A stretch of 64,000 bases of DNA from Candidatus Omnitrophota bacterium (GCA_016197155.1 JACPWF010000025.1:28276-92275); one strand, 5' to 3'; shown: positions 45,329 through 57,396, counted from the stretch's first letter. The notes: generated by a model from the letters alone, not told the origin. Program-made: numbers and translations.

Positions 45329-46213
45329 TTAGTAAATCACTTTATTGAGCGGATACTCAATGATCCCCTCGGCGCCCGCTTCCTTCAGCTTCGGAATGAG
45401 CTCGCGGACCACTTTTTCATCAATGATCGTGTCCACGTCAAACCACCCTTTTTGCGCCAAATTGGAAACAGTGGGATTTTTCATCGCCGGCAAAAGGGAA
45501 ACCACTTTTTTCAAATTTTCTTCGTTCACGTTCATCTTGAGGCCGACCTTGGCCTCCGCGTGAATGGCGCCCTCGAGCAGCATCGCGATGTGTTGCATCT
45601 TCTCTTTTTTCTTCGCGTCTGTCCATGCTTTTTTATTGGCGACGAACTGCGTGGTCGAGCGGCAGAGCGTCTCGACGATCCTTAAATTGTTCGCGCGGAG
45701 CGATGAACCGGTCTCCGTGAGCTCGACGATCGCGTCGACGAGGCCCGACCCGACCTTCACCTCGGTGGCCCCCCAGCTAAACTCGACGTCGGCCTCGACG
45801 CCGCGCTCCTTCAAATATTTCTCGGTGAAACCTTTGAGCTCCGTCGCGATCCGCTTGCCTTTCAGGTCCTTCACCGCCCGGATCGGCGAATCATTCGGCA
45901 CCGCCAGCACCCAGCGCACGGGATTGGTGCCGGTCTTCGCGTACACCAGTTCCTTCACGCGCACGACGTCGGAGCCGTTTTCCTGGATCCAGTCCTCGCC
46001 CGTGATCCCGCAGTCGAGCGCCCCGTCCTCGACGTAGCGCGACATCTCCTGCGCGCGGATGAGGACGCACTCGATCTGGTCGTCGTCGATATAAGGAAAG
46101 TACGAGCGGGAACCCACCGTGATGTTGAAACCCGCCTTCTTGAACATCTTAAAGGTGGATTCCTGCAAACTGCCTTTCGGCAGGCCTAATTTTAATTTTC
46201 CCGATTGAGCCAA
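45329..46213 (-). CDS. hisG: ATP phosphoribosyltransferase (long form)
   Basis: [23 protein letters not shown]... with C-terminal regulatory domain; 294 aa. Confidence 0.9.
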   Translation of the reverse strand: MAQSGKLKLGLPKGSLQESTFKMFKKAGFNITVGSRSYFPYIDDDQIECVLIRAQEMSRYVEDGALDCGITGEDWIQENGSDVVRVKELVYAKTGTNPVRWVLAVPNDSPIRAVKDLKGKRIATELKGFTEKYLKERGVEADVEFSWGATEVKVGSGLVDAIVELTETGSSLRANNLRIVETLCRSTTQFVANKKAWTDAKKKEKMQHIAMLLEGAIHAEAKVGLKMNVNEENLKKVVSLLPAMKNPTVSNLAQKGWFDVDTIIDEKVVRELIPKLKEAGAEGIIEYPLNKVIY

Positions 46214-46330
46214 TGAATGAATCCCCTCATGAATTCCCTTAAAGAGCGAAAAATCCCGCCCTTTCTTCCTCTTTCAGGCGGGATTGGCAGAGTATAACAC
46301 AGCCAAAAGCGGGATGTCAATTTTACCCCG

Positions 46331-46359
46331 CTTGCATTTTCACCCTCCCTTCCTTATAA
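46331..46359 (+). promoter_or_regulatory. sigma70-type promoter for the ppiD/surA-like gene
   Basis: TTGCAT, 17-nt spacer, TATAAT ending ~10 nt before the ATG (short or no leader). Confidence 0.4.
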
Positions 46360-46369
46360 TGCCCTTCTT

Positions 46370-47803
46370 ATGCTCAAATTCCTCCGCGCCAAGAAGGTTC
46401 AACACCGGATCTACCTCATTCTCGCGGCGGTCATCATTCCCCCGTTTCTTTTCTGGGGGGTCACCGTGTCCCAAAAGGAAGGCAAAAACCCGTCGTCGCT
46501 GGGCCTCATCGACGGCCGTCCGGTTTCCGTTCAGGACTACCTCGGCAGTTACAAGGCCGTTCAGCGCCAGGCGACGTTCCTTTTCGGAGAGAGGCTCAAA
46601 TCCCTCCAAAACCGGATCAATTTCAAAGGCGAGGCCTGGGACCGGCTACTTTTGGTTCACGAGGCCAAAAAAGAAAACATCCGCGTCTCCGACGAGGAGG
46701 TGGTGGACTGGATCGGCCGCCAGCCGGTTTTTCTGAGCAAGGGCCGCTTCGACGACCGGTACTACCAACTGTACGTGGACCGCGCCCTGCGCATGAGCGC
46801 GCGTGATTTCGAGGAAGAGATCCGCCAGACGCTCCTCATTCAAAAACTCCAGGAAAAAGTGCGCTCCACGGCCACGCTGTCCGATGAGGAATTGAAGGAT
46901 CTCTACCGCCGCAAAAAGGGCGGGCTCGACCTCGTGTACGCGGTCCTCCCCTGGGAATCCGAAAAAGAAAATGTGAAAGCGGACGAGAAATCGCTCGAGG
47001 CCCGCTTCGCCGCGGCGCCGGACAAATGGAAAACTCCGGAGAAAGTGAAGATCCGCTACCTCTTTGTGCCCAAAGAAAACACCGGGGCCGCGGCGATCCG
47101 CGACGAGAAGCAGTTGGACCTCGACGCGCTTGCCAAAAAATACGGCCTTTCGGTAAAGGAGACCGCCGCCTTCTCCAAAAACGACGCCGTGCCGGACCTG
47201 GGCGGCTATGAGGAACTTTTGAGTTTAAGTTTTCTTCTCAAAACCGGCGAAGAATCCGGCTGGATGTCCGTGGACGAGGGGATGTTCAAATTGAAATCCG
47301 CCGGCCGCGAAAGCGCGCGCGATCTGACATTCGAAGAGGCCAAAGAAGACCTGCGCCGCGATTTCGTGAAAGAAAAAGCGACGGCGCTCGCCGTTAAAAA
47401 ATTGGACGAACTGGCCAGGCCCATGCCGGCCGGAGAAGACTTTGCCGCGTTCTTTAAAAATAAGGGGATCGAAACGAAAACGATCGGGCACTACACCTCC
47501 GCGGCGGACCTGGCGCCTCTCGGAAATCCCGAAAGGGCCGAAAAAAATATCTCGAGCTTAAAACAGGGCGAGCGAAGCGCGGCGTTCGCGGTGCCGCAGG
47601 GCGCGGCCGTCGTGAAAGTGGTGAAAGAATCCGCGTTTGACGCGAAAAAATTTGAGGAGGAAAGGGACTCCTTCCGGAAAGAGGCCTTGATTCAAAAAGG
47701 CCGCGAGGCGATGCAGGCCCTTTTGGAAAAACTGCGGAATGCCCTCAAACTCAACCTGGAAATGATGAAGGACCTTTTTCCCGCCGAAGACGCTAAGCCC
47801 TAA
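46370..47803 (+). CDS. periplasmic chaperone, PpiD/SurA N-domain family
   Basis: N-terminal TM anchor ([18 protein letters not shown]) followed by SurA-N-like chaperone region; 477 aa. No clear parvulin motif recognised. Confidence 0.55.
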   Translation: MLKFLRAKKVQHRIYLILAAVIIPPFLFWGVTVSQKEGKNPSSLGLIDGRPVSVQDYLGSYKAVQRQATFLFGERLKSLQNRINFKGEAWDRLLLVHEAKKENIRVSDEEVVDWIGRQPVFLSKGRFDDRYYQLYVDRALRMSARDFEEEIRQTLLIQKLQEKVRSTATLSDEELKDLYRRKKGGLDLVYAVLPWESEKENVKADEKSLEARFAAAPDKWKTPEKVKIRYLFVPKENTGAAAIRDEKQLDLDALAKKYGLSVKETAAFSKNDAVPDLGGYEELLSLSFLLKTGEESGWMSVDEGMFKLKSAGRESARDLTFEEAKEDLRRDFVKEKATALAVKKLDELARPMPAGEDFAAFFKNKGIETKTIGHYTSAADLAPLGNPERAEKNISSLKQGERSAAFAVPQGAAVVKVVKESAFDAKKFEEERDSFRKEALIQKGREAMQALLEKLRNALKLNLEMMKDLFPAEDAKP

Positions 47804-48266
47804 ACGTCCTCTCCTTCTTTCCCAAAAGTTCCTTTAGTTCCTTCATGAACTGATTGATGTCCTTGAACTGCCGGTACACCGAGGCGAAGCGTACGTACGC
47901 GACCTGGTCGAGTTTGTGCAGGTGGTCCATCACCAGCTCCCCGACGACCTGGGCCTTCACTTCCTTGTCGAAACTTTTTTGAAGTTCCTTTTCCACCCGG
48001 TCGACGACGGCCTCCACTTTTTCCATCCCGACCGGGCGCTTTTCGCAGGCCTTTAAAATCCCCGAGATGATCTTGTTGCGGTCAAACGGCTCGCGACGGC
48101 CGTCTTTTTTCACGACCATGAGCGGGATCTCCTCGATGTACTCGTAGGTCGTGAAGCGCTTCTTGCATTTCAGGCATTCGCGGCGGCGGCGGACACTTTT
48201 GTCTTCGTTCGACGAGCGCGAATCGATGACCTTGTCTTCGGTGTGAGAGCAGAACGGGCATTTCAT
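47793..48266 (-). CDS. nrdR: transcriptional repressor NrdR
   Basis: [42 protein letters not shown] zinc ribbon + ATP-cone; 157 aa. Confidence 0.9.
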   Translation of the reverse strand: MKCPFCSHTEDKVIDSRSSNEDKSVRRRRECLKCKKRFTTYEYIEEIPLMVVKKDGRREPFDRNKIISGILKACEKRPVGMEKVEAVVDRVEKELQKSFDKEVKAQVVGELVMDHLHKLDQVAYVRFASVYRQFKDINQFMKELKELLGKKERTFRA

Positions 48267-49528
48267 TTTTGGGCCTTTAAGTTTTTTAAAAGTTCGGGGT
48301 ATAAGGGAAACTGCTCCGCGAGCGCACGGACTTTTTCGCGCACGGCCTCGATCTTCGAGGGATTCGAAAGGTCCGATAAAACGGAATCAATGCATCCGGC
48401 GATTTCGCCCATTTCTTTTTCCTTCATGCCCCGTGTCGTGACCGCCGGGGTGCCCAGACGAACGCCGCCGGCCTTGAACGGGCTTTGCGTGTCAAACGGG
48501 ATCGCGTTTTTGTTCACCGTGATCGCCGCGTGATCGAGCGCTTCGGCGCAGTCCTTGCCGGTGAGGCCCTTTTCATTCACGTCGACGAGCATCAGATGAT
48601 TGTCCGTGCCGCCCGAGACGAGGCGAAAACCCTTTTGGATGAGCGCGGCGGCCAGGACCTGCGCGTTTTTCACGATTTGATTCTGATAAATTTTGAATCC
48701 GGGCTCGAGCGCCTCTTTTAGGGCCACGGCCTTCCCCGCGATCACGTGCATGAGCGGGCCGCCCTGGAGGCCGGGAAAAACTTCGGCGTCGATTTTTTTC
48801 GCGAAGTCTTTTTTGCAAAACACGAGTCCGCCGCGCGGGCCGCGGAGCGTTTTGTGCGTGGTTGTGGTGACAAATTCGGCGTGCGGCACGGGACTCGGAT
48901 GAAGCCCCGCGGCGACGAGACCCGCGATGTGCGCCATGTCGACGAAAAAAAACGCGCCCACCTTGTCGCAAATTTTCCGGAAGCGCGCGAAATCGATGAC
49001 GCGCGGATAGGCCGAGGCCCCCGCCAGGATCATCCGGGGCCGGTGCTCGAGCGCCAGCGACTCGATCTCGTCGTAATCGATGCGCTCGTCTTTTTTCGAG
49101 ACGCCGTACGGCACGATCTTGAAAAATTTGCCCGAAAAATTCATGGGGTGCCCGTGCGTCAGGTGCCCGCCGTGGGAGAGATTCATCGCCAGCACCGTGT
49201 CGCCGGGCGCGAGGGCCGAAAAATAAACGGCGGCGTTCGCCTGGGAACCCGAATGCGGCTGGACATTCACGTGCTCGGCGCCGAAAAGTTTTTTCGCTCT
49301 TTCGATCGCGAGGTCCTCCGCCACGTCCACGTTCTGACAGCCGCCGTACCAGCGCTTGGCGGGATAGCCCTCGGCGTATTTGTTGGTGAGCGACGAGCCC
49401 ACGGCTTCCATCACCGCGGGGCTTGTGAAATTTTCGCTCGCGATGAGCTCGATATTGTCGTTCTGGCGCTGGGTCTCTTTTAAAATCGCCCTAAAAATTT
49501 CCGGATCTTCTTTTGAAAGCGCGCTCAC
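48263..49528 (-). CDS. glyA: serine hydroxymethyltransferase
   Basis: SHMT pattern including PLP-Lys region [15 protein letters not shown]; 421 aa. Confidence 0.9.
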   Translation of the reverse strand: MSALSKEDPEIFRAILKETQRQNDNIELIASENFTSPAVMEAVGSSLTNKYAEGYPAKRWYGGCQNVDVAEDLAIERAKKLFGAEHVNVQPHSGSQANAAVYFSALAPGDTVLAMNLSHGGHLTHGHPMNFSGKFFKIVPYGVSKKDERIDYDEIESLALEHRPRMILAGASAYPRVIDFARFRKICDKVGAFFFVDMAHIAGLVAAGLHPSPVPHAEFVTTTTHKTLRGPRGGLVFCKKDFAKKIDAEVFPGLQGGPLMHVIAGKAVALKEALEPGFKIYQNQIVKNAQVLAAALIQKGFRLVSGGTDNHLMLVDVNEKGLTGKDCAEALDHAAITVNKNAIPFDTQSPFKAGGVRLGTPAVTTRGMKEKEMGEIAGCIDSVLSDLSNPSKIEAVREKVRALAEQFPLYPELLKNLKAQK

Positions 49529-49995
49529 TTTTTCTTTTTTCCCTTTTTAAGGAGACCCACTTTTTTCTCGATTTGCGCGATCTGGCTCACGCGCCGTTTG
49601 TGCCGCCCGCCCTCAAACCGGGCCCCCAGCCAGCTTTTTAAGATGGTTTCGGGGTCGTCAAAAAGGTGCTCGGAGCCGAGGACCAGAATATTCGCGTCGT
49701 TGTGCTGGCGCGACAGGACTGCGACGTTCTTGTCAAAGCAGATCGCCGCGCGCACGCCGGGAAGTTTATTGGCCACCATCGCCATTCCGTTGCCGCTTTT
49801 GCAGATCAGGACCCCGAGGTCCGCTTTTTTTTCGGACACGGCCTTGGCCACCTTGTACGCGTACTTCGGGTAATCGCAGGGCTCGGGTCCGTTCGTCCCG
49901 TAGTCCGCCGTCTGATAGCCGGCCTGCGCCAGAAAATCCTTTATCTCGCTTTTTAAACGGAAACCGCCGTGATCCGCGCCGAGCGCTATTTTCAT
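49525..49995 (-). CDS. rpiB: ribose-5-phosphate isomerase B
   Basis: [15 protein letters not shown]...[14 protein letters not shown]; 156 aa. Confidence 0.85.
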   Translation of the reverse strand: MKIALGADHGGFRLKSEIKDFLAQAGYQTADYGTNGPEPCDYPKYAYKVAKAVSEKKADLGVLICKSGNGMAMVANKLPGVRAAICFDKNVAVLSRQHNDANILVLGSEHLFDDPETILKSWLGARFEGGRHKRRVSQIAQIEKKVGLLKKGKKKK

Positions 49996-50008
49996 TTCGT
50001 GGGCCCTT

Positions 50009-50452
50009 TCAAATTTTCTTCACCAGGTTCGTGACACAGTCCCGAATCGTCGCGAGCGTGTTTTTGTAAAAATAGTCGGACATCCGGATCGGGTCCGGAA
50101 TGCCCTCTTTGCCCTCCGAGGAAAACTCCGTCAGGAGAAAAACTTTTTTTTCGGAATCCGGCGCGATCCGCAAGATCCAGTCCTTGTGCATTTTTTCCAT
50201 CACGAGGATCCTGTCAGCGGCCTTGATCCTCTCGGGCGTGAGCCGCCGCGTGCGGTGACCGGAGACGTCGACCCCTTCCTCTTTCATCGCGCGCACAGTC
50301 TCGTCGGTCGGCGGAAATCCGTCCACCGCGGCCACGCCCGCCGATCCGACCGCGAACTCCCCCGCCCGGCCTCCGGCGATTTTTTTAAACAAACCCTCCG
50401 CCATGACCGAGCGGCAGCTGTTGCCGGTGCAGACAAAGAGAATGTTTTGCAT
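50009..50452 (-). CDS. low-molecular-weight protein tyrosine phosphatase / arsenate reductase-fold protein
   Basis: P-loop CTGNSCRS (CX5R) at the N-terminus; 147 aa. Confidence 0.75.
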   Translation of the reverse strand: MQNILFVCTGNSCRSVMAEGLFKKIAGGRAGEFAVGSAGVAAVDGFPPTDETVRAMKEEGVDVSGHRTRRLTPERIKAADRILVMEKMHKDWILRIAPDSEKKVFLLTEFSSEGKEGIPDPIRMSDYFYKNTLATIRDCVTNLVKKI

Positions 50453-50463
50453 AAAGAATCAAA

Positions 50464-50586
50464 AAGGCTATCAGGATATCAGGAGATCAGGAGGTAGAAC
50501 ATCGGGAGACCAGGAGATCAGGAGTTTTCCTGATAACCTGATAGTCTGGTGTCCTGCCCCCTGATGGCCTGATAGCCTGATAGCCG
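50464..50586. repeat. dispersed intergenic hairpin repeat, copy 2
   Basis: ctatcaggatatcaggagatcaggaggtagaacatcgggagaccaggagatcaggag-tttt-cctgataacctgatagtctggtgtcctgccccctgatggcctgatagcctgatagcc; between the LMW-PTP gene start and the purE stop. Confidence 0.6.
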
Positions 50587-50598
50587 CCTTAACAAGAT

Positions 50599-51084
50599 TC
50601 ACAAAACCACTCTCTTCTTCAATATTTTCTCTCGATTTTTTTCCCTATAATCTACCAGCGCCTTAGCAAGTTTGGTGTCTTGAAGAGCCAGCATGCGCGC
50701 TGCCAAAAAAGCGGCATTGCGAACCCCGCCGGATCCCACCGCAACGGTGGCCACTGGGGTGCCTGCGGGCATTTGCACCGTAGATAAAAGAGAATCCATT
50801 CCTTTAAAAGAAGGGCTTTCGATAGGAATTCCGATAACGGGCAGTTCTGTGTGCGCCGCCACAACACCGGCCAAATGCGCCGCGCCGCCCGCCGCGCAAA
50901 TAAAAACCCGTATCCCGTTTTTCTTCGCCGCTTCCACGTAGCTCACCGTCTCTTTGGGGGTGCGGTGAGCCGAAAGCACGCGAACCTCGTAGCCAAGACC
51001 CAATTCTCTCAAAACTTCTCCGCAAGGTTTAAGCTGTTCTGCGTCGGAGTCACTTCCCATCAAAATGGCAACTTGTGGCTTCAT
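50599..51084 (-). CDS. purE: 5-(carboxyamino)imidazole ribonucleotide mutase
   Basis: [10 protein letters not shown]...SAHRTP...AGGAAHL; 161 aa. Confidence 0.9.
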   Translation of the reverse strand: MKPQVAILMGSDSDAEQLKPCGEVLRELGLGYEVRVLSAHRTPKETVSYVEAAKKNGIRVFICAAGGAAHLAGVVAAHTELPVIGIPIESPSFKGMDSLLSTVQMPAGTPVATVAVGSGGVRNAAFLAARMLALQDTKLAKALVDYREKNREKILKKRVVL

Positions 51085-51097
51085 GATTTATCCTTTG

Positions 51098-52375
51098 TTA
51101 TTTCATCACCCTGACCGCTTTGTGTCCGATGTCTTTCCGGTAAACCATTTTATCAAAAAATATTTTATCCACCGCGGAATAAGTCTTGGACAGCGCCTCG
51201 AACATGCTGCGCGCGCAGGCGACGACGTTCAACACGCGCCCGCCAGCCGTCACGAGCCGGCCGCCTTCGATTTTTGTCCCCGCGTGAAAAATGTGGACGT
51301 CCGGATTTTCCTTCGCGGTGGAAATCCCCGCTATCTTTTTTCCCATTTCAACCGTCTCGGGATAGCCGTGCGAGGCGATGACCACGCACACGCAAGTTTC
51401 GTCCGCCCATTCCAGTTTGACGCGCGAAAGGTTCCCCTCCACCGTCGCCAGGATCACATCCAACAGATCGTTTTTCAGGCGCGGAAGAATGGCCTGCGCC
51501 TCGGGGTCGCCGAGACGGACGTTGAATTCAAGCACGCGAAATCCGTCGAGGGTCACCATGATACCGGCGTAGAGAAAACCTTTAAAGGGATGCCCTTCTT
51601 CCTTTAGTTGCCTGACAATCGGCATAAAAACTTTCTGAAGCAGTTCCTTTTCGAGCTCGTCGGTCACGACCGGCGCCGGCGAATAAGCGCCCATCCCGCC
51701 GGTGTTGGGCCCCGTGTCTCCCTCGTGAATGCGCTTGTGGTCCTGGCTCGACGCCAAAAGCCGCACCGCCTCGCCGTCGGTGACGGCGATCACCGAGGCC
51801 TCCTCGCCCTCGAGACATTCCTCGATCACGATTTTCTCGCCGGCCTTTCCGAAAACTTTTTTCACCATGTCGCGATGGATCGCCTCCATCGCCTTGGGTT
51901 TGGATTGGGCCACCGTGACGCCCTTGCCGCCGGCCAGGCCGTCGACCTTTACCACGATGGGCACGCCCTTTTTCGCGACGTAATCCATCGCCTTGTCCGC
52001 GGAATCAAATACCTCAAATTCGGCGGTCGGGATCGAGAGTTTTCGCATGATCTCTTTTGAAAAAACCTTGGATCCCTCGAGCTGGGCCGCGTATTTGGAG
52101 GGGCCGAAAATTTTAATTTTCTCTTTTTCAAAACGGTCGACGATGCCCTCGACAAGCGGCGCCTCGGGGCCGACCACGACGAGGTCAATCGCCTTTTTTT
52201 TGCAAAATTGAAGGAGCCGCTCCTGGTCTTTGGCGGCGATGTCCACACACTCGGCCACTTCGGCGATGCCTGCGTTTCCGGGGGCCGCGTAAAGTTTTGT
52301 CAATTTCGGCGAAAGCGAAAGCTTCCAGCACATCGCGTGTTCGCGGCCGCCGTTTCCAATTACCAATACTTTCAA
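51098..52375 (-). CDS. purD: phosphoribosylamine--glycine ligase
   Basis: [14 protein letters not shown]...ATP-grasp; 425 aa. Confidence 0.9.
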   Translation of the reverse strand: MKVLVIGNGGREHAMCWKLSLSPKLTKLYAAPGNAGIAEVAECVDIAAKDQERLLQFCKKKAIDLVVVGPEAPLVEGIVDRFEKEKIKIFGPSKYAAQLEGSKVFSKEIMRKLSIPTAEFEVFDSADKAMDYVAKKGVPIVVKVDGLAGGKGVTVAQSKPKAMEAIHRDMVKKVFGKAGEKIVIEECLEGEEASVIAVTDGEAVRLLASSQDHKRIHEGDTGPNTGGMGAYSPAPVVTDELEKELLQKVFMPIVRQLKEEGHPFKGFLYAGIMVTLDGFRVLEFNVRLGDPEAQAILPRLKNDLLDVILATVEGNLSRVKLEWADETCVCVVIASHGYPETVEMGKKIAGISTAKENPDVHIFHAGTKIEGGRLVTAGGRVLNVVACARSMFEALSKTYSAVDKIFFDKMVYRKDIGHKAVRVMK

Positions 52376-52400
52376 TTTAATTCTCCTGTGCTACCACGTA

Positions 52401-53402
52401 CTACTGAATAACCACTCCTTCTTCCTTAACTACTTCCCCGATCACCCACGCGCGCTCTTTGAATTTTCCCAAACGCGAAATGACTTTGAGCGCGCGCTCC
52501 TTCGGCGTCACGAGGGCCATGCCGATGCCCATGTTGAACGTGCGGTACATCTCGGTGAGCGACGCCCTCCCCGCCTCGCCGATCCACCGGAAAACCCGCG
52601 GCACCGGCCAACTGCCCGTGTGAATGCGGGCGCCACAGCCCTTGGGCAGGACGCGCGGGATGTTGTCAAAAAATCCGCCGCCGGTGATGTGCGCCATCGA
52701 AAAAACGGGTTCTTTTTGAATCAGGGAAAGGATGGGCTTCACGTAAATTTTTGTGGGTTTTAAAATTTCATCCGCGTGCGAACGGATGAATGCGCTTTTC
52801 AATACTTTTCTCACGAATGAAAAACCGTTCGAATGGATCCCGCTCGAAGCGATCCCGATGATCGCGTGCCCCGCGCGCGCGTTTTTCCCGTCAATGATTT
52901 TTTCCCGGTCCACCACGCCCACGCAAAATCCCGCCAGGTCAAAATCCCCCCTCGCGTAAAGCCCGGGCATCTCGGCCGTCTCGCCGCCGATCAAAGCGCA
53001 ACCGGCCTCCTTACAGCCCCTGGCCACGCCGCTCAGGATCGCGCGCATCATCCCGGGGCTCAGCTTTCCCACCGCGAAATAATCCAGAAAAAAAAGAGGC
53101 TCCGCGCCCAAAGTCAAAATGTCGTTCACGTTCATCGCCACGAGGTCCACGCCGAGCCCCTCGTAACGGCCGGTCTTTTTTCCCAAAACCAGTTTTGTCC
53201 CGACGCCGTCGGTGGAACTGACAAGGATGGGCTCTTTGTATTTTTTGTCCGGCAGGCGGCACAGCGCCCCGAAGCCGCCGATCCCGGCCAGGACCTCCGG
53301 GCGGGCCGTCGCGCGCGCGTAGGGCTTGATGGTCTCAATGAAAGCGTTGGCCCTATCAATATCGACGCCGGATTTTTTATAGGTGAAACTTTTTGTCCTC
53401 AC
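52401..53402 (-). CDS. purM: phosphoribosylformylglycinamidine cyclo-ligase (AIR synthetase)
   Basis: YKKSGVDIDRANAF..., GIGGFGAL..., DGVGTKL. Start assigned to GTG (VRTKSFTYKKSGVDI) abutting the purF stop. Confidence 0.85.
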   Translation of the reverse strand: MRTKSFTYKKSGVDIDRANAFIETIKPYARATARPEVLAGIGGFGALCRLPDKKYKEPILVSSTDGVGTKLVLGKKTGRYEGLGVDLVAMNVNDILTLGAEPLFFLDYFAVGKLSPGMMRAILSGVARGCKEAGCALIGGETAEMPGLYARGDFDLAGFCVGVVDREKIIDGKNARAGHAIIGIASSGIHSNGFSFVRKVLKSAFIRSHADEILKPTKIYVKPILSLIQKEPVFSMAHITGGGFFDNIPRVLPKGCGARIHTGSWPVPRVFRWIGEAGRASLTEMYRTFNMGIGMALVTPKERALKVISRLGKFKERAWVIGEVVKEEGVVIQ

Positions 53403-54832
53403 TGGCCTTTTTCCGTGTGAAACTTGTCGATGCCGTCGAAACGGACCGGATAATCCCCGCTCCAACAGGCCGTGCAGTAGCTTTCTTTCGGGTATTTCAC
53501 GCACGAGAGCATCCCCTCGAGCGAGAGGTAGCCCACCGAATCGCAGTCGAAATATTTCCGGATCTCGTCGGGCGAATACTTGTTCGCGATGAGCTCTTCC
53601 CGCGTCGGAAAATCAATGCCGTACGCGCAGGGGTACTTGTGCGGCGGACAGCTGATCCGGAGATGCACCTCTTTGGCGCCCGCCTGCCGCAGGCTCTTCA
53701 CGCGCACCTTGGAGGTCGTGCCGCGCACGATCGAATCGTCGACGATCACGACGCGCTTGCCGCTCAAGACCTCGCGGACAAAATTGAATTTGAGCCGCAC
53801 CTTAAAATCGCGCATGCCCTGGCTCGGCTGAATGAACGTCCGGCCGACGTAGTGATTGCGGATGATGCCGGCCTCGAGAGGGATCCCGGACTCCTGGGAA
53901 AATCCGAGCGCGGCCGAATTGCCCGAATCCGGCACGGGGATCACGATGTCCGCCTCGACCGGTTTTTCCTTGGCGAGCTGTCTGCCGAAACGTTCGCGCA
54001 CCAGGTGGACCGACTCCCCGAAAATTTTCGAATCGGGCCTCGCGAAATAAACATGCTCAAAGACGCAGTGCGCGTGGCGCGTGCCGGGATCGACGGGAAG
54101 TTTCTGCGACTTCACCCCTTTTTCGGAAATGAATAAAACCTCGCCCGGCTCGATCTCGCGGACGGCCTGGGCGTCCATGATGTCAAAGGCGCAGGTCTCC
54201 GACGAAACCACGTGCGCGTTTCCGATCTTCCCGAGCCACAAAGGCCGAAACCCCTGCGGGTCGCGCGCCGCGACGAGATACTGGTGCGTCAAAAACACGA
54301 GCGAATAGGCGCCCTTCACGCGCGCGAGCGCCTCGACCACGCCCTCTTCGACATTGCGGAGCGAGGGCTTGGCCATTAAATGGATAATGATTTCACTGTC
54401 CGTGGTGGTTTGAAAGATGGAGCCGTAGGCCTCCAGTTCCGAGCGCAGGATGTCGGCGTTGACGATATTTCCGTTGTGGCCGATCGCGATCTCGCCGCGC
54501 GAATAATCGACCAAAATCGGCTGGGCATTTTTCAAAAGGCTTGAGCCGGTCGTCGAATAACGCACGTGCCCGATCGCGCGATCGCCGGTAAGATTAGCCA
54601 GATCCGCGTCCTGAAAAATCTCCTGCACGTGGCCCATGCCTTTGTGGACGCGCATCTTTTTGCCGTCGGAGGTGACGATGCCGGCCGATTCCTCGCCGCG
54701 ATGCTGGAGCGCGTAAAGCCCGAGGTACGTCAGGTACGCCGATTCTTTATGGCCGTAGATCCCGAAAACGCCGCATTTATCCTTCAACTCATGAGGCATA
54801 AATTCCTTTTTGAATTCAACCTGCCTCCCCAT
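53399..54832 (-). CDS. purF: amidophosphoribosyltransferase
   Basis: Ntn CGVFGIYG after a short propeptide (MPHELKDK), PRTase motif; an upstream in-frame ATG at 54832 may or may not be used. Confidence 0.9.
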   Translation of the reverse strand: MGRQVEFKKEFMPHELKDKCGVFGIYGHKESAYLTYLGLYALQHRGEESAGIVTSDGKKMRVHKGMGHVQEIFQDADLANLTGDRAIGHVRYSTTGSSLLKNAQPILVDYSRGEIAIGHNGNIVNADILRSELEAYGSIFQTTTDSEIIIHLMAKPSLRNVEEGVVEALARVKGAYSLVFLTHQYLVAARDPQGFRPLWLGKIGNAHVVSSETCAFDIMDAQAVREIEPGEVLFISEKGVKSQKLPVDPGTRHAHCVFEHVYFARPDSKIFGESVHLVRERFGRQLAKEKPVEADIVIPVPDSGNSAALGFSQESGIPLEAGIIRNHYVGRTFIQPSQGMRDFKVRLKFNFVREVLSGKRVVIVDDSIVRGTTSKVRVKSLRQAGAKEVHLRISCPPHKYPCAYGIDFPTREELIANKYSPDEIRKYFDCDSVGYLSLEGMLSCVKYPKESYCTACWSGDYPVRFDGIDKFHTEKGQ

Positions 54833-54836
54833 TTTC

Positions 54837-54874
54837 CTCCCCTTACCAAGGGGAGGTGGTCGCCAAAGGCGACC
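54837..54874. repeat. two adjacent hairpins sharing arm motifs with the 22152-22264 element
   Basis: cctcccctt-acc-aaggggagg followed by ggtcgcc-aaag-gcgacc. On the minus-strand mRNA the first hairpin sequesters a GGGGAGG SD-like sequence just upstream of the purF region. Confidence 0.5.
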
Positions 54875-54881
54875 GGAGGGG

Positions 54882-55124
54882 TCAATTATTTTTTAATTTT
54901 TCAATCCAATGACTCACGTGCCTGGCCATCCCCTCGCGGCCGACGGGTTCCTTTAAAATGACGTCTAATTTTTTCTCCCACACGGACAATTCTTCCGCCA
55001 GATCCGGCACGGGCGCCAATTTCCGCGCCGCCTTCACCGCCGCTTCGATTTTCCCGCGCTCCGCCGAACCCCTGACCAGGTCCGCGATCGCCTCCAAAGC
55101 CCGAATGGTTTTTTCGTCAGCCAC
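54882..55124 (-). CDS. hypothetical small protein (80 aa) embedded in pur operon
   Basis: [60 protein letters not shown]...; helical, no recognised motif; 8-nt overlap with the purL start. Confidence 0.4.
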   Translation of the reverse strand: MADEKTIRALEAIADLVRGSAERGKIEAAVKAARKLAPVPDLAEELSVWEKKLDVILKEPVGREGMARHVSHWIEKLKNN

Positions 55125-57396
55125 GCATCCTCCTTCCGATGGCGTTCCGCCAGGTGTGGGACAACACCCTGACCGGTATCGGGGTCAGACCCCTGTGGAT
55201 AACTTGGATTGCCAAATCCTCTCCCCCCGTCTTCCCGATCACTTCATACGGAGTGGCGGATGATTGTATCACCTCTTCGGCCTTTTTTAAATTTTTAGGG
55301 CTCACGGAGATCACGACGCGCGATTGGGATTCGCCGAATAAAAGGGCCTCGGTCGACACATCCGTAGGGGCGACGCGACGCCCGCCTGCCGGACGGGCAG
55401 GCGTCGCCCCTACATTAATGGCCGCCCCCATTTCGTAACCTTTGTTTGAAATACAGGATTCCGCCAGCGCCACGGCGAGCCCCCCCTCCGCGCAGTCGTG
55501 CGCGGAGGCCAATAAATTTTCTTTCGCCAGACGGATCATGAGATCATTCAGCGCCTTCGCCTCTTTCAAATCCAGCCGCGGGCAAACGCCCGCCTTCACT
55601 CCAAAAATCGTTTTTAAAAATTCCGAGCCGCCGAGTTCCTCGCGCGTTTGGCCCAGCAAAATCACGACGTCCCCTTCATTTTTGAAATGCGACGTCACGG
55701 GCTCGCGGCCCTCGATGAGCCCCACCATCCCGATTGTCGGCGTGGGATCGATCGCCCCTTTGGGATTTTGATTGTACAAAGAAACGTTTCCGCCCGAGAC
55801 GGGCGTCTCAAAGGCCAGGCAGGCGTCCCGAATCCCCTCGATGCATTTTTTCAGGGTCCAGAAAATCTCGGGATTCATCGGATTCCCGAAATTGAGGCAA
55901 TTGGTAATGGAGAGCGGCACAGCCCCCGCGCACGCGACGTTCCGCGCGGCCTCGGCCACCGCGATCTTGGCGCCTTCATAGGGATCCAGATAACAATACG
56001 TCGAGTTGCCGTCCGTCGAAATCGCAATCGACTTATTCGTGCCTTTGATGCGAATGACGGACGCGTCCGATCCGGGCAGGACCACGGTGTTCGTGCGCAC
56101 CATGTGATCGTACTGCCCGTAGACCCATTCTTTCGAGGCGATCGACGGCGCGTCCAACAGTTTCAACAACACCGCGTTCAAATCGCCGGCGCTCCCGAGA
56201 GATTTGGGATCAAAATTTCCCGCGCTTTTCAAATACGCGGGTTCTTTTTCCTCCCGAATGTAAACCGGCGCGTCGTCGGCGAGTTTTTTGGCGGGGATTT
56301 CGGAAACCGTGACCCCGTTTTCTTTCACGCGCATGAGGCCGTCATCCGTCACAAGGCCGATGGCTTCGGCGTGCAGGTCCCATTTCTCAAAAATCCGTTT
56401 TGCCTCGGCCTCGCGGCCTTTTTTCAAAATGACGAGCATCCGCTCCTGCGATTCGGAGAGCATGATTTCGTAGGGAACCATCCCCGTCTCGCGCTGGGGG
56501 ACCTTCGCGACGTCAATCTCGACCCCTGTATTTCCGCGCGAGGCGGTTTCACAGGTGGAACACGTGAGCCCCGCCGCCCCCATGTCCTGGATCCCGACCA
56601 CACAGCCGGATTTCAAAAGTTCCAAAACCGCTTCGAGCAAAAGTTTTTCAAGGAACGGGTCCCCCACCTGAACGGCGGGCCTGTCTTTTTCGGAGGCTTC
56701 GCTCAAATCTTTTGAGGCAAAGGCCGCGCCGCCCATCCCGTCGCGGCCGGTCGCCGCGCCCAGATAAAAAACGGGATTGCCCGTTCCCTCGGCCTTGGCC
56801 TTCACAATTTCTTCACGGCGCGCCAGTCCCAAAGCAAACGCGTTCACGAGAGGATTGCCCTCATAAGATTCATCAAAATAAATTTCGCCGCCGATCGTCG
56901 GCACGCCGATGCAATTTCCGTAGTGCGAGATGCCGGCCACGACCCCGGACAAAAGACGTTTCGTGTTTCCATTGTCATCCAATTTCCCGAACCTGAGCGA
57001 ATTCATCGACGCGATCGGCCGCGCGCCCATCGTGAAAATGTCTCGCAGGATCCCGCCGACGCCGGTGGCCGCGCCCTGAAAGGGCTCGATCGCCGAGGGG
57101 TGATTGTGGGACTCCATTTTAAAAACAACGACGAGCCCGTCGCCGATGTCGACGACCCCCGCGTTTTCCTCGCCGGCTTTCACGAGCATGCGCGGGCCGT
57201 CCTTCGGCAAAAGTTTCAAAACATTTTTGGAATTTTTGTAGGAGCAGTGCTCGCTCCACATGACGCTGAAAATTCCCAGCTCCGTGAGGTTCGGCTCGCG
57301 GCCGAGGATTTTTTTAATGGAGCCGTATTCGGCCGGCGTGATGCCGTGTTTTTGGATAATTTCCGGCGTTAATTTAATTTCTTCCGCTGTTTTCAT
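55117..57396 (-). CDS. purL: phosphoribosylformylglycinamidine synthase subunit PurL
   Basis: 759 aa, PurL (small-form FGAM synthase II) AIRS-like domains; [14 protein letters not shown]. Confidence 0.9.
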   Translation of the reverse strand: MKTAEEIKLTPEIIQKHGITPAEYGSIKKILGREPNLTELGIFSVMWSEHCSYKNSKNVLKLLPKDGPRMLVKAGEENAGVVDIGDGLVVVFKMESHNHPSAIEPFQGAATGVGGILRDIFTMGARPIASMNSLRFGKLDDNGNTKRLLSGVVAGISHYGNCIGVPTIGGEIYFDESYEGNPLVNAFALGLARREEIVKAKAEGTGNPVFYLGAATGRDGMGGAAFASKDLSEASEKDRPAVQVGDPFLEKLLLEAVLELLKSGCVVGIQDMGAAGLTCSTCETASRGNTGVEIDVAKVPQRETGMVPYEIMLSESQERMLVILKKGREAEAKRIFEKWDLHAEAIGLVTDDGLMRVKENGVTVSEIPAKKLADDAPVYIREEKEPAYLKSAGNFDPKSLGSAGDLNAVLLKLLDAPSIASKEWVYGQYDHMVRTNTVVLPGSDASVIRIKGTNKSIAISTDGNSTYCYLDPYEGAKIAVAEAARNVACAGAVPLSITNCLNFGNPMNPEIFWTLKKCIEGIRDACLAFETPVSGGNVSLYNQNPKGAIDPTPTIGMVGLIEGREPVTSHFKNEGDVVILLGQTREELGGSEFLKTIFGVKAGVCPRLDLKEAKALNDLMIRLAKENLLASAHDCAEGGLAVALAESCISNKGYEMGAAINVGATPARPAGGRRVAPTDVSTEALLFGESQSRVVISVSPKNLKKAEEVIQSSATPYEVIGKTGGEDLAIQVIHRGLTPIPVRVLSHTWRNAIGRRMRG

